Positions 36,517 through 44,975 of a DNA stretch of 59,099 bases are shown here, in pieces. The stretch is from Gammaproteobacteria bacterium. GTDB lineage: Bacteria; Pseudomonadota; Gammaproteobacteria; Xanthomonadales; Wenzhouxiangellaceae. The stretch lies in NCBI GenBank assembly GCA_021772955.1, contig JAJFKZ010000090.1:1-59099 (forward strand), written 5' to 3'. The notes under the pieces are model-generated. The model saw only the letters and a list, made by a program, of their open reading frames with translations. It made no database searches and was not told the DNA's origin. Every line of letters starts with the position of its first letter. The first letter of the stretch is position 1. Both the position numbers and the translations under genes were made by a program.

Positions 36517-38595
36517 TCAGGCGGTTCCCGTGTGGCGGCCTTCATCAAGACTGCTGTAGTCTGGTTCCGTGGGCAGCTTGAAGTCAGAAACCGAGTCGCT
36601 GAGTGCTTGTACCTGACGGGCAAGTTGCTGAATGGATTCGGTAGTGCTCGTGGTACCAGCGCGGTTTTGCTCGGAGATTTCGCGGATCGAGTTCATGACC
36701 CTGGTGACTTCGGCAGCAGTCTTCGCGCTTTGATCAGACTGGGTCGCAATCCGGGCAATCAATTGCGCCAGTTCGTTGGAGATGTTCTCGATATCGTTCA
36801 GGGCGCGGCCGGCATCTTCAGCGGTCTGTGCACCTTTGACCACCTGGGTGGTGGTCAGCTCCATGGAGTTGACCGCTTCACTGGTATCGCCCTGAATGGT
36901 TTGCACCAGGGTTTCGATTCGACGCGTGGCGTTGGTGGAGCGTTCGGCGAGTCGTTGCACTTCATCGGCTACCACGGCAAAGCCGCGGCCGGCACCACCC
37001 GCCGAAGCAGCCTGAATGGCGGCGTTCAAAGCCAGCATGTTGGTTTGCTCAGAGATGCCGTTGATCAGTTCAACGATGTCACCGATTTCCTGGGATGATT
37101 CACCCAGCCGCTTGATGCGCTTGGAGGTTTCCTGAATTTGTCCTCGAATCGCATCCATGCCTTCAATGGTTTCACGTACGCGGTTGGCACCATCGTTGGC
37201 GGTGGCAACTGATTTTTCCGCCACTTTGGCCGATTCGTCGGCCTGCTTGGCCATGTCAGCGAATGCGGTGTTCATCTTGTTGATGGTTTCGGTGGCAGAG
37301 TCCACCTGTTCGCTTTGATGCTCACTGGCTTCGGCCACCTGGGCCGCCGTAGCGCGTGTTTCCTGAGCCTGGGCAGCAACCTGAACGGCGGTCTGATTGA
37401 TGCCGGTAACCAAGCCACGCAGCTGACTCACAGCAAAATTGACCGCGTCAGCGATGGCACCGGTGATGTCCTCGGTAACGGTGGCTTCCACCGTCAAGTC
37501 ACCATCAGCGAGCGAGCTCATTTCATCCAGCAGGCGCAGAATAGCTTCCTGGTTGCGCTGGTTGGTTTCAGCTGCCACTCGTGAGCGCTGGCGTGCGGCA
37601 CCCAGTGCGGTCAGGCCGATGAGAATGAACAATGCCAGCGTGGTCGCACCGAGCAGCAGGCCAGTCTGCAGTGATGGCCACAGAATGCCCTCGCCCAGGT
37701 TGCGGTACTGATCCGACAATTCGTTCACCAGGGAGCTCAAGTCTTCACTGTCGATGAACACGTCATCAGCAGCCAGTCGTACATCAGACAGCTGGCTGGA
37801 TGCGGTCAGCAGGTTATCGATTTCGGTTGAGGCTTCCTGAAACTGACTGCGCACTTCGTTGAAGATGGCGCGCGCGGCCAGGTTGTTGACCTGGTTCAGA
37901 CCCAGCTGCGGATTGCCTTCAATCAAACCGTTCAGTACCTGACCGAACAAGGCGGCATCGCGAGACAGGTTGTCGGCGGCGGTGACGGCGTTCAATCCAC
38001 CTTGAAGTATTTGCACAACGTGACGCAGCATACGGTCTGCCAGCACCAGCTGGCGGCTGGCAATAAATACCTGAGCCGAAGACGCGCCAGCTTCAGTCAT
38101 GGTGCGGATGGCTTCGTCTGTGCGCGCTTGCAGAATCGGGATGGTGGCGGTAAACAAATCTGCGCTGTCAGCGAGCTCCTGGACCAGATCTTCTTTTTCT
38201 TCCACGCTTTGGGCGCGCTGATTGATCCGTTCCCACAGGCTCTCTACTGCCGTAAGTGTTTGATTGACTTGCGGTGGGCTGGGCGGCAGAGCTAGTGCCG
38301 GATCACCGCTGCGCAGTGTGTTCAGGTTGCGGCTGATGGTTTCGCGGGTTTCACGCAAGTTTTCGAATGCATCAAAATTACCGACCGCAGACTCACCCGC
38401 GGCCTTCGCCAGCCGCTCAATCTCTACGCGAACATCGGTCGCGGTGACGATGTACAGCTGCTGATCGGCATTACGTTGCGTGAGCAGATAAAAATTATAT
38501 GCCACTGCAATCAACAGGCCGATGGCGATCACAAACAACAATGCCTGTAATGATCCGTAGCTGTTCTGGTTGGCTGACTTTTTCGCTTTGGCCAT
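36517..38595 (-). CDS. pilJ: Methyl-accepting chemotaxis protein PilJ
   Basis: 692 aa with two TMs flanking a large periplasmic PilJ-type domain. HAMP domain, then the highly conserved MCP signalling hairpin [40 protein letters not shown]. Confidence 0.9.
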   Translation of the reverse strand: MAKAKKSANQNSYGSLQALLFVIAIGLLIAVAYNFYLLTQRNADQQLYIVTATDVRVEIERLAKAAGESAVGNFDAFENLRETRETISRNLNTLRSGDPALALPPSPPQVNQTLTAVESLWERINQRAQSVEEKEDLVQELADSADLFTATIPILQARTDEAIRTMTEAGASSAQVFIASRQLVLADRMLRHVVQILQGGLNAVTAADNLSRDAALFGQVLNGLIEGNPQLGLNQVNNLAARAIFNEVRSQFQEASTEIDNLLTASSQLSDVRLAADDVFIDSEDLSSLVNELSDQYRNLGEGILWPSLQTGLLLGATTLALFILIGLTALGAARQRSRVAAETNQRNQEAILRLLDEMSSLADGDLTVEATVTEDITGAIADAVNFAVSQLRGLVTGINQTAVQVAAQAQETRATAAQVAEASEHQSEQVDSATETINKMNTAFADMAKQADESAKVAEKSVATANDGANRVRETIEGMDAIRGQIQETSKRIKRLGESSQEIGDIVELINGISEQTNMLALNAAIQAASAGGAGRGFAVVADEVQRLAERSTNATRRIETLVQTIQGDTSEAVNSMELTTTQVVKGAQTAEDAGRALNDIENISNELAQLIARIATQSDQSAKTAAEVTRVMNSIREISEQNRAGTTSTTESIQQLARQVQALSDSVSDFKLPTEPDYSSLDEGRHTGTA

Positions 38596-38661
38596 GGTCT
38601 AGTCCCTGTTCAAAAGATATTGGTGATTGACAATTGCTTAATCGGGGCGCAGAGGATCAGC

Positions 38662-39210
38662 TCAGGCTGCTCCATCCAGGAACTGCTGATCATGCAGCAG
38701 CAATCCCAGGTCAAGTACTCCCCAGTCGATTTCATTCTGGTTGTAAACTCGGCTCAGATAGACGTCGATCTCGGGCCATTCCTGGGGCTCGACTGCCGTT
38801 GCAGTGTCCATAGGAAAGCGCCGTTGACCGACAATCTCATCCACCAGCAATCCCAGATACTGATTTTCGGTGGTGGTGACCAAAACCTGCGATTTGCTGG
38901 TAATGGGGGTGCGCTCGTGCTGTAAAAACATGCGCAAATCGATGATGGTAATCAGATTACCACGAACATTGGTCAGCCCCAGCAGCCAGTCGGCAGAGCC
39001 CGGTATCGGTGTCAGTTTGGGCGGTGGAATGATTTCATCAATCAGCACCACATCGACAGACAGTGTGTAATCATGCAGCTTGAAGGCCAATCCGTTCCAG
39101 CTATTGTGGGCATCCTCGCCGCTATCAGGCTTGTGCGTGAGTGCGCGCGACTCATAATCCAGCAGCTGCTGCATGAGTGCGTCGGCAGTGATGGGTGAGT
39201 CCAGTGTCAT
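38662..39210 (-). CDS. pilI: CheW-like protein PilI
   Basis: 182 aa CheW domain (PGSADWLLGLTNVRGNLITIIDL...LGLLVDEIVG) lying between pilG and pilJ. Confidence 0.8.
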   Translation of the reverse strand: MTLDSPITADALMQQLLDYESRALTHKPDSGEDAHNSWNGLAFKLHDYTLSVDVVLIDEIIPPPKLTPIPGSADWLLGLTNVRGNLITIIDLRMFLQHERTPITSKSQVLVTTTENQYLGLLVDEIVGQRRFPMDTATAVEPQEWPEIDVYLSRVYNQNEIDWGVLDLGLLLHDQQFLDGAA

Positions 39211-39232
39211 GATCGGCTCCAGGTTCAGTCCT

Positions 39233-39604
39233 TCAGGCCGGCAGGTGCTGTTGCAGACTGCTCAGCAATTCATCCTTGGTGAACGGTTTGGTCAGATAAT
39301 GATCTGAACCAACGACGCGTCCTCTGGCGCGGTCGAACAGGCCGTCCTTGCTGGTTAGCATGATCACCGGGATGTGTTTGAAATCCGGGTTGTTCTTGAT
39401 GATCGCGCAGGCCTGGTAGCCGTCCAGTTTGGGCATGACGATATCGATGAAAATCAGATTCGGTAAGTGCTCGGCTATGATGGACAACGCCTGAAAACCG
39501 TCTTCGGCAGTAAGTATTTCCACGCCTTCCGAGCTGAGCATGTTCTCAGCAGAACGACGAATGGTCTGACTGTCGTCAATAATCAATACTTTTTTCGCGC
39601 TCAT
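39233..39604 (-). CDS. pilG: CheY-like response regulator PilG
   Basis: ATG at 39604. VLIIDDSQTIRRSAE, NLIFIDIVMPKLDGYQACAIIKNN and VIMLTSKDGLFDRARGRVVGSDHYLTKPF closely parallel P. aeruginosa PilG as recalled from memory. Divergent from gshB, as in Pseudomonas. Confidence 0.9.
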   Translation of the reverse strand: MSAKKVLIIDDSQTIRRSAENMLSSEGVEILTAEDGFQALSIIAEHLPNLIFIDIVMPKLDGYQACAIIKNNPDFKHIPVIMLTSKDGLFDRARGRVVGSDHYLTKPFTKDELLSSLQQHLPA

Positions 39605-39848
39605 AATTCCCGATCCGTTCCCTGGCAAGCAGTCCATTTGGCTGTGAAAATTGAATTAATCAAAGGTCAACAATAATTAACTTTCGTCGTTTTAGAGTGA
39701 AAAGTCAATACTCACAGCTACTTTTGCGGCAATGTTCAGGCATTATATGCAAAACCACTGACAATAAAAACCCATTATTGCATACTGGGCGAGCTGCACT
39801 TGCCTGCTGATCAGGCATAATGGATACCTCAATCAATCAGGCTGCACG

Positions 39849-40793
39849 ATGAAACAGATGTTGGTGGTCATGGATCCCCTGGCCACACTCAAGCCACACA
39901 AGGATACCACTGTTGCGTTGTTGCTCGAGGCACAGCGGCGGGGTTATGTGCTGGCCGTGTGTACGCCACAGGATATGTGGCTGGACAATGAACGACCCTG
40001 GGCACAGGTGCATTCGATCACCGTTCGTGATCAGCAGTCAGATTGGTATGAGCTTGGAGATTCGGCGCGTTTTGGGCTGCACGCGTTTGATCTGATCCTG
40101 ATGCGCAAGGATCCACCGTTTGACAGTGCGTTCTTGCACGCCACCTACATGTTGGAGCTGGCCGAGATGCAAGGTGCGCTGGTGTGCAATCGCCCCCAGG
40201 CTTTGCGTGATGCGAATGAGAAACTGGCGGCCTTGTGGTTTCCGCAGTGGATCCCCGAGACCACCGTGGCGAGCCGGGCCGATATACTCAGGGCGTTTGT
40301 GCAAGCGCATGAGAATTGTGTGCTCAAGCCTCTCGACGGCATGGGGGGGCGCTCCATTTTCAAGACCCATGGTGACGATCCCAACCTCAACGTGATTATT
40401 GAAACGCTGACCGCCGAGGGCCGCACGGCCATCATGGCACAGCGTTACCTGAACGCCATCAGTGACGGCGATATTCGCGTGCTGCTGGTGGCCGGTAAGC
40501 CGATACCCTATGTGCTGGCGCGGATGCCCGGCAAGACCGACTTTCGCGGCAATCTGGCCCGCGGCGGCAGCGGTGTACCCCGGCCCATCAATGCTGATGA
40601 GCTGGCCATTGCTGCTGCGGTGGGGCCGGAACTGCTGCGCCGTGGAATCTGGTTTGCCGGCATCGATGTGATCGGTGATCGGCTCACGGAAGTAAATGTC
40701 ACATCACCCACTTGTGTGCGGGAACTGGAGCGTGAGTATGGCATCAATATCTGTTCGGACCTGTACGATGTTCTGGAACAGAAAATGTCATGA
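39849..40793 (+). CDS. gshB: Glutathione synthetase
   Basis: Collinear with E. coli GshB from memory: VMDP...KDTT.ALLLEAQRRGY, ILMRKDPPFD, LKPLDGMGG, GDIRVLLV and IGDRLTEVNVTSPTC. Confidence 0.9.
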   Translation: MKQMLVVMDPLATLKPHKDTTVALLLEAQRRGYVLAVCTPQDMWLDNERPWAQVHSITVRDQQSDWYELGDSARFGLHAFDLILMRKDPPFDSAFLHATYMLELAEMQGALVCNRPQALRDANEKLAALWFPQWIPETTVASRADILRAFVQAHENCVLKPLDGMGGRSIFKTHGDDPNLNVIIETLTAEGRTAIMAQRYLNAISDGDIRVLLVAGKPIPYVLARMPGKTDFRGNLARGGSGVPRPINADELAIAAAVGPELLRRGIWFAGIDVIGDRLTEVNVTSPTCVRELEREYGINICSDLYDVLEQKMS

Positions 40794-41093
40794 CACTTAG
40801 TCTGCCGATTACACAAAGGTGGGCTGTTGATGATAATTTCATTGATAAACAAGGAGATAGCAGTGAGTATGCGCGCAGTGGCGTGGCTACGATTGGTTCT
40901 GTTCGAGTGCAGACCAAATCAGGCGTTGCCCAATACAATGCTGCCCAATAAAATATTGACTGGGCCACGATCAACCTTGGCCCATAGCTGTGGCTGTGCT
41001 TCTGCGGGCGAGTGTTTGACCGGCTTGACCAGATTTGCCCTGCTGTACATACCCTTCATGAAAAATGCGGGTTAATGCAATCCTGCTGACACC

Positions 41094-41891
41094 ATGCACA
41101 AGCAACTGATTTATCCTGGCAGCGCGCTTGACCGCTCAGACTCATCGGCCATGCTGGTGTTGGCAACGGTGTTTGCCATAGGTCTGCATCTTGCGCTATG
41201 GGGTATCACCTTTGAGTTGCCGCAGCAAGCGCCGCAACAGCGCTCCATGGACGTGAATCTGATCGAAATGCCCAGTGCTGCCGAGGCCACCGCCCCGGTA
41301 ACCCAGGAGATTGCCCAACAGCCCAGCCCGATACCCACCCAGGCAGAGCAGGAACGCGCTGTGCCACGACCTGAACAGCCAGCAGAAAAAAGTTTGATCA
41401 CGGCTGTTCGCAGCGAAGTCACTGTGCCTGAAAAATTGCCGGCGGAGCCGGAACTGCCGACGGGTGCAGATTTGTTTCGCGAAGGTTTGGCGAGCAGCCA
41501 GAACTTCATACCGCAAGCCACGCTGGCACCGGGTGAGCTGCGTAAGAAATACATTTCAGCCAGCACCACTGACTGGCTGTATTCCAGCTACATGAATGCC
41601 TGGACCCAGAAGGTCGAGCGTGTGGGAAACATGAATTACCCCGATGAGGCGCGCCGCCAGAATCTACGTGGCGATCTGGTCATGTCCGTGGGGATACGTG
41701 CGGATGGCAGCCTGGAGTCCATCGAGGTGTTACGAGAATCCGGTTTTCCGATTCTGGACGAGGCCGCGATCAGGATTGTCGAATTATCGGCACCGTATTC
41801 AGTGCTGCCGGAGCAGATCGCCAAAGAGGTGGATGTGCTGTACATCACTCGCACCTGGCGTTTCAGTCCGGACCGAGGTTCATTCAACTGA
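41094..41891 (+). CDS. TonB-family energy transducer (TonB3-like by synteny)
   Basis: 265 aa with an N-terminal TM and a Pro/Glu/Gln-rich spacer (PSPIPTQAEQERAVPRPEQPAEK). The C-terminal TonB domain is YPDEARRQNLRGDLVMSVGIRADGSLESIEVLRESGFPILDEAAIRIV. It follows gshB as PA0406 does in P. aeruginosa. Confidence 0.75.
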   Translation: MHKQLIYPGSALDRSDSSAMLVLATVFAIGLHLALWGITFELPQQAPQQRSMDVNLIEMPSAAEATAPVTQEIAQQPSPIPTQAEQERAVPRPEQPAEKSLITAVRSEVTVPEKLPAEPELPTGADLFREGLASSQNFIPQATLAPGELRKKYISASTTDWLYSSYMNAWTQKVERVGNMNYPDEARRQNLRGDLVMSVGIRADGSLESIEVLRESGFPILDEAAIRIVELSAPYSVLPEQIAKEVDVLYITRTWRFSPDRGSFN

Positions 41892-41896
41892 TGCTA

Positions 41897-41934
41897 GAAA
41901 TTGATTCTGGAAATTGATTCTGGGAATCAATTCC
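41897..41934 (+). repeat. Tandem 13-mer x2 plus an inverted partial copy, forming a hairpin after the tonB-like gene
   Basis: gaaattgattctg (41897-41909) and gaaattgattctg (41910-41922) are followed by gaatcaattcc (41924-41934), which pairs with the second copy. Confidence 0.7.
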
Positions 41935-41982
41935 CGGATCTGGCACCAGGCTGCTGCGGGTCGAGTCTAGCCGATCAAGTCG

Positions 41983-42030
41983 CTTTGGCAGGGCACTTTG
42001 GCCAAGTTGTTTTGGCCAAGTTGCTTTGGT
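41983..42030 (+). repeat. 14-bp-period tandem repeat carrying TTGGCCAA palindromes
   Basis: tttggccaagttg occurs at 41997-42009 and 42011-42023, with partial copies on both sides. Confidence 0.7.
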
Positions 42031-42088
42031 GTGCCACAGCTGCAGAATCAGCTAGCCAGCGCACACCAGTGCCCCACCCTTTATTTAT

Positions 42089-42889
42089 TCAAGCATCAAG
42101 TCCGGGTTTTTCCTGCAAGGCCTTGTGGATCAGATCGGCTGTGCTGTTGATGATGGACTGGGTGTTGCCGAGAATCGCGACCGAACCCTGTTGCAGCGCG
42201 ACCAGTTGCGCCTGCAGACCATCCACCTGAAAAGATTCAGCGTTGTAGTCTGAACGTGATGGAATGTAAATCACTGTGGCCGGACCATATTCGGTCATCA
42301 CCACCAGATGCACGCCAAGCCCGGTCGGCGTAGGACAATTCTTGGCGAACACGAACTGGCTGGAAAAATCTTTGTTCATGTCCAGATTCAAGGTTGCGAG
42401 GATGCGCTGAATATTGCCCGCTTCCATCGGTTCGAGCACCGACCTGGATATGATGTCCGGGCCGTCATCCTCCCAGTGCGATGCCAGATAGGCTGAGATG
42501 CTCTGCTCACCGACCTGCTGCAACATGAAGACCGACGCAGTCAGACCAATACCCAGCACCAGCCCGGCGGCCATTGCAGGCAGCCATTGCCAGCCCTGGC
42601 GCAGTGTTGCAACCGGATTGCCCAGACTGCTGGCATCAGGCAGCGTGGTGTGCGCGTCGGCAGATTGCGCGTCGGCAGCATACACCTTGGCCATGCAGAT
42701 TTCGGCCAGATCATGCGGAACCTGCACGTGCAGAGCTTGCTCGATACCGGCTTCGAAGCGCATAGCCTGTTCGTAGGCCTGACGATGGCGATCATCAAGG
42801 TTACGCGCCGCGACAAAAGCCGGCTCGTGACTATGCGGATCCACCATCAACTGGCGTTTGAATTCAAGATAATTCATGTACGTTGTCAT
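42089..42889 (-). CDS. Anti-sigma factor (DUF3379-like), single TM
   Basis: Immediately downstream of and overlapping the ECF sigma gene. The N-terminus has the anti-sigma-like segment LEFKRQLMVDPHSHEPAF. Central TM (WLPAMAAGLVLGIGLTASVFML). The start could be 42889 or 42877. Confidence 0.65.
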   Translation of the reverse strand: MTTYMNYLEFKRQLMVDPHSHEPAFVAARNLDDRHRQAYEQAMRFEAGIEQALHVQVPHDLAEICMAKVYAADAQSADAHTTLPDASSLGNPVATLRQGWQWLPAMAAGLVLGIGLTASVFMLQQVGEQSISAYLASHWEDDGPDIISRSVLEPMEAGNIQRILATLNLDMNKDFSSQFVFAKNCPTPTGLGVHLVVMTEYGPATVIYIPSRSDYNAESFQVDGLQAQLVALQQGSVAILGNTQSIINSTADLIHKALQEKPGLDA

Positions 42890-43394
42890 CCTTTAACAAA
42901 TCATCTACCAGCGAATGCTTTAATTTTTCTCTGGCTCGAAACAGTTGTGTCATCACCGCGCTTCTGGAAATCCCAAGTTTTTCGGCAATTTCATTACAGC
43001 TGAAGCCACCGATTACCTGTAGCATCAGTGGTTCCCTGTACTTGACCGGCAAAGCGGCAATTGCATCGCGCAAAATCGCAACTTCTGAATCCGCCTCCGG
43101 CTCCATTTGCGTGAGCTCGGTCAGTACCACGTCGTCTACATCGACAAAATTCGGAACTTTGCGCTCAAACGTACGCAGGTATTCACGCCGTACGATGGTG
43201 AACAACCAGCCTTTGATGGCCTTCTCGTCCTTGAGCTTGTCCAAAGCCCGCCAGGCGCGCAAAAAAGCTTCCTGTACAACATCCTTGGCCAGCGCATGAT
43301 CGCCTGAAATCCACACCGCATAGCGGTACATGTCGGTGGAATATTCGCGTGCTATGGCTTCAAACCTGGCTTGCTTGTTCATCATGACCGTCAT
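42864..43394 (-). CDS. ECF-type RNA polymerase sigma-70 family factor
   Basis: 176 aa. Region 2 is DVVQEAFLRAWRAL...GWLFTIVRRE. Region 4 is the HTH CNEIAEKLGISRSAVMTQLFRAREKL. Confidence 0.85.
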   Translation of the reverse strand: MTVMMNKQARFEAIAREYSTDMYRYAVWISGDHALAKDVVQEAFLRAWRALDKLKDEKAIKGWLFTIVRREYLRTFERKVPNFVDVDDVVLTELTQMEPEADSEVAILRDAIAALPVKYREPLMLQVIGGFSCNEIAEKLGISRSAVMTQLFRAREKLKHSLVDDLLKDDNVHELS

Positions 43395-43468
43395 TACTGA
43401 GATTCTCTTTCACAATTTTGCTGCAATTTCATTATCTTTTGTATGCACATTGCAGGTTTAACGCTCTT

Positions 43469-43739
43469 TACTATTATCAACATCACTATTGCCTCGTTCA
43501 GGACTCCGGACGCATGCGTCCGTTAGGCGAAGTGGCAAAGTCGTAGTATAGACCTACGTCGAGTCACTTCAACACGGCGGCTGGAAGCGTCTAGAGCACT
43601 CGCGGGGCTTGCCACTCGACGTCTGTGGGCAGCGTTGTCGTCGCTAGCTGTAGACCATGTTACACCTGCCGCTCCGTCACCTTGACGCGAATGTCGAGAG
43701 AACAGACGGAGTGTGGCACTATTGATGTTGATATCAGTA
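43469..43739. repeat. 271-bp element bounded by 25-bp imperfect inverted repeats (MITE-, inverton- or ncRNA-like)
   Basis: The left arm is tactattatcaacatcactattgcc (43469-43493). The right arm is ggcactattgatgttgatatcagta (43715-43739), with 21/25 complementary. The core has a 16-nt perfect palindrome cggacgcatgcgtccg (43507-43522) and several mutually exclusive 7-9-bp pairings. Confidence 0.7.
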
Positions 43740-43778
43740 TTATTGCATTATCCACCCGAAACATGCCAGATTGATGCT

Positions 43779-44945
43779 ATGACCACAAACAGCAGTTCCA
43801 GTGCCACGTATGCCCTGATGCTACCCGGAGGCGGTGCACGGGGCGCCTATCAAGTCGGTGCCTTGAAAGCAGTCAGTGAGCTGAATGGCAGCTCGGCCAC
43901 GGGTTGTGACAACCCGTTTCCTATTATTACCGGTACCTCTGCGGGCGCCATCAACGCCGGCGTGCTGGCCAGTCACGGTTGCTCCATGTCTGAGGGGGTG
44001 GCGAGGCTGGAATATTTCTGGAGCAACATGCGCAGCCAGCACATATTTCGCACAGACATGCAATGCATGCTGGTCAATGGTCTGCGCTGGTTTCTCTCCA
44101 TGTATCTGGGCTTTTTTGGATTCCGCGCACCGCGCTCGTTGCTGGACAACTCGCCGTTGCGCGAGCTGCTGCGAGAAAACCTGAAGCTGCCCGGCATCGC
44201 CGAGGCGATCGAGCGGGGTAACTTGCGCGCCCTGGCTATCAACGCCTCTGGCTATACCTGTTCGGATGCGGTCAGCTTTTTTCAGGGGCATGCCAGCATT
44301 GCTGACTGGCAGCAGGATCGTCGCCGCAGCCAGCGCACCATTATCGATGTCGATCATCTGTTGGCGTCCAGCGCATTGCCGCTGATCTTCCCGGCGGTGC
44401 GCATTGGCAATGAATACTATGGCGATGGCGGTATGCGCCTCACCGCGCCATTGAGCACGGCCTTGCACCTGGGCGCCAACCGCATCATGGTGATCAGCAC
44501 GCGTGATGAAAAACAGGATGAGCAAGCAATTCGTGAGGAAGACATCAGCTTTCCCAGCCTGGGTGAAATAGGGGGTGCGATGATGGACATCATCTTTCTT
44601 GATAGCCTCAATGCAGACATCAGTCGCGTTCGTCAACTGAACAAGATCGTGGCCCGAATGTCTGCACAAGACCGCAGCGAGTTGGGCCTGCATGAGACCC
44701 GCGTGCTGCATATTTCGCCCACCGAAGATGTGCGTGAAATTGCCTATGCGCACAGCGATGAGGTGCCGGCCGCGTTGGGTTTCATGCTGCGTCGCCTGGG
44801 TGCAGCCAGTGACGGTCGTAAAGTCAGGTTGCCCAGCTATTTGTTGTTTGAGAAAGGGTTTTGCCGCGCCTTGATTGCATTGGGTTATCGCGATGTGATG
44901 GCCAGAAAGGACGAAGTAATAGCATTTTTACAAGCCCAGGATTGA
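43779..44945 (+). CDS. Patatin-like phospholipase
   Basis: ATG at 43779. The oxyanion motif LPGGGARGAYQVG, the nucleophile elbow GTSAGAINAG and the catalytic Asp in YGDGGMR are all present. 388 aa. Confidence 0.8.
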   Translation: MTTNSSSSATYALMLPGGGARGAYQVGALKAVSELNGSSATGCDNPFPIITGTSAGAINAGVLASHGCSMSEGVARLEYFWSNMRSQHIFRTDMQCMLVNGLRWFLSMYLGFFGFRAPRSLLDNSPLRELLRENLKLPGIAEAIERGNLRALAINASGYTCSDAVSFFQGHASIADWQQDRRRSQRTIIDVDHLLASSALPLIFPAVRIGNEYYGDGGMRLTAPLSTALHLGANRIMVISTRDEKQDEQAIREEDISFPSLGEIGGAMMDIIFLDSLNADISRVRQLNKIVARMSAQDRSELGLHETRVLHISPTEDVREIAYAHSDEVPAALGFMLRRLGAASDGRKVRLPSYLLFEKGFCRALIALGYRDVMARKDEVIAFLQAQD

Positions 44946-44975
44946 GCACATTAACAACAACACAGGAACAGTAAA

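Noticed and set aside
40827-41075. 82-aa ORF in the gshB / tonB-like spacer
   Set aside because: It has no recognisable motif, a poor start context, and sits in an AT-rich spacer. It is probably non-coding.
43821-44753. 310-aa minus-strand ORF
   Set aside because: It is antisense to the patatin gene, which has the GGGxRG, GxSxG and DGG motifs.
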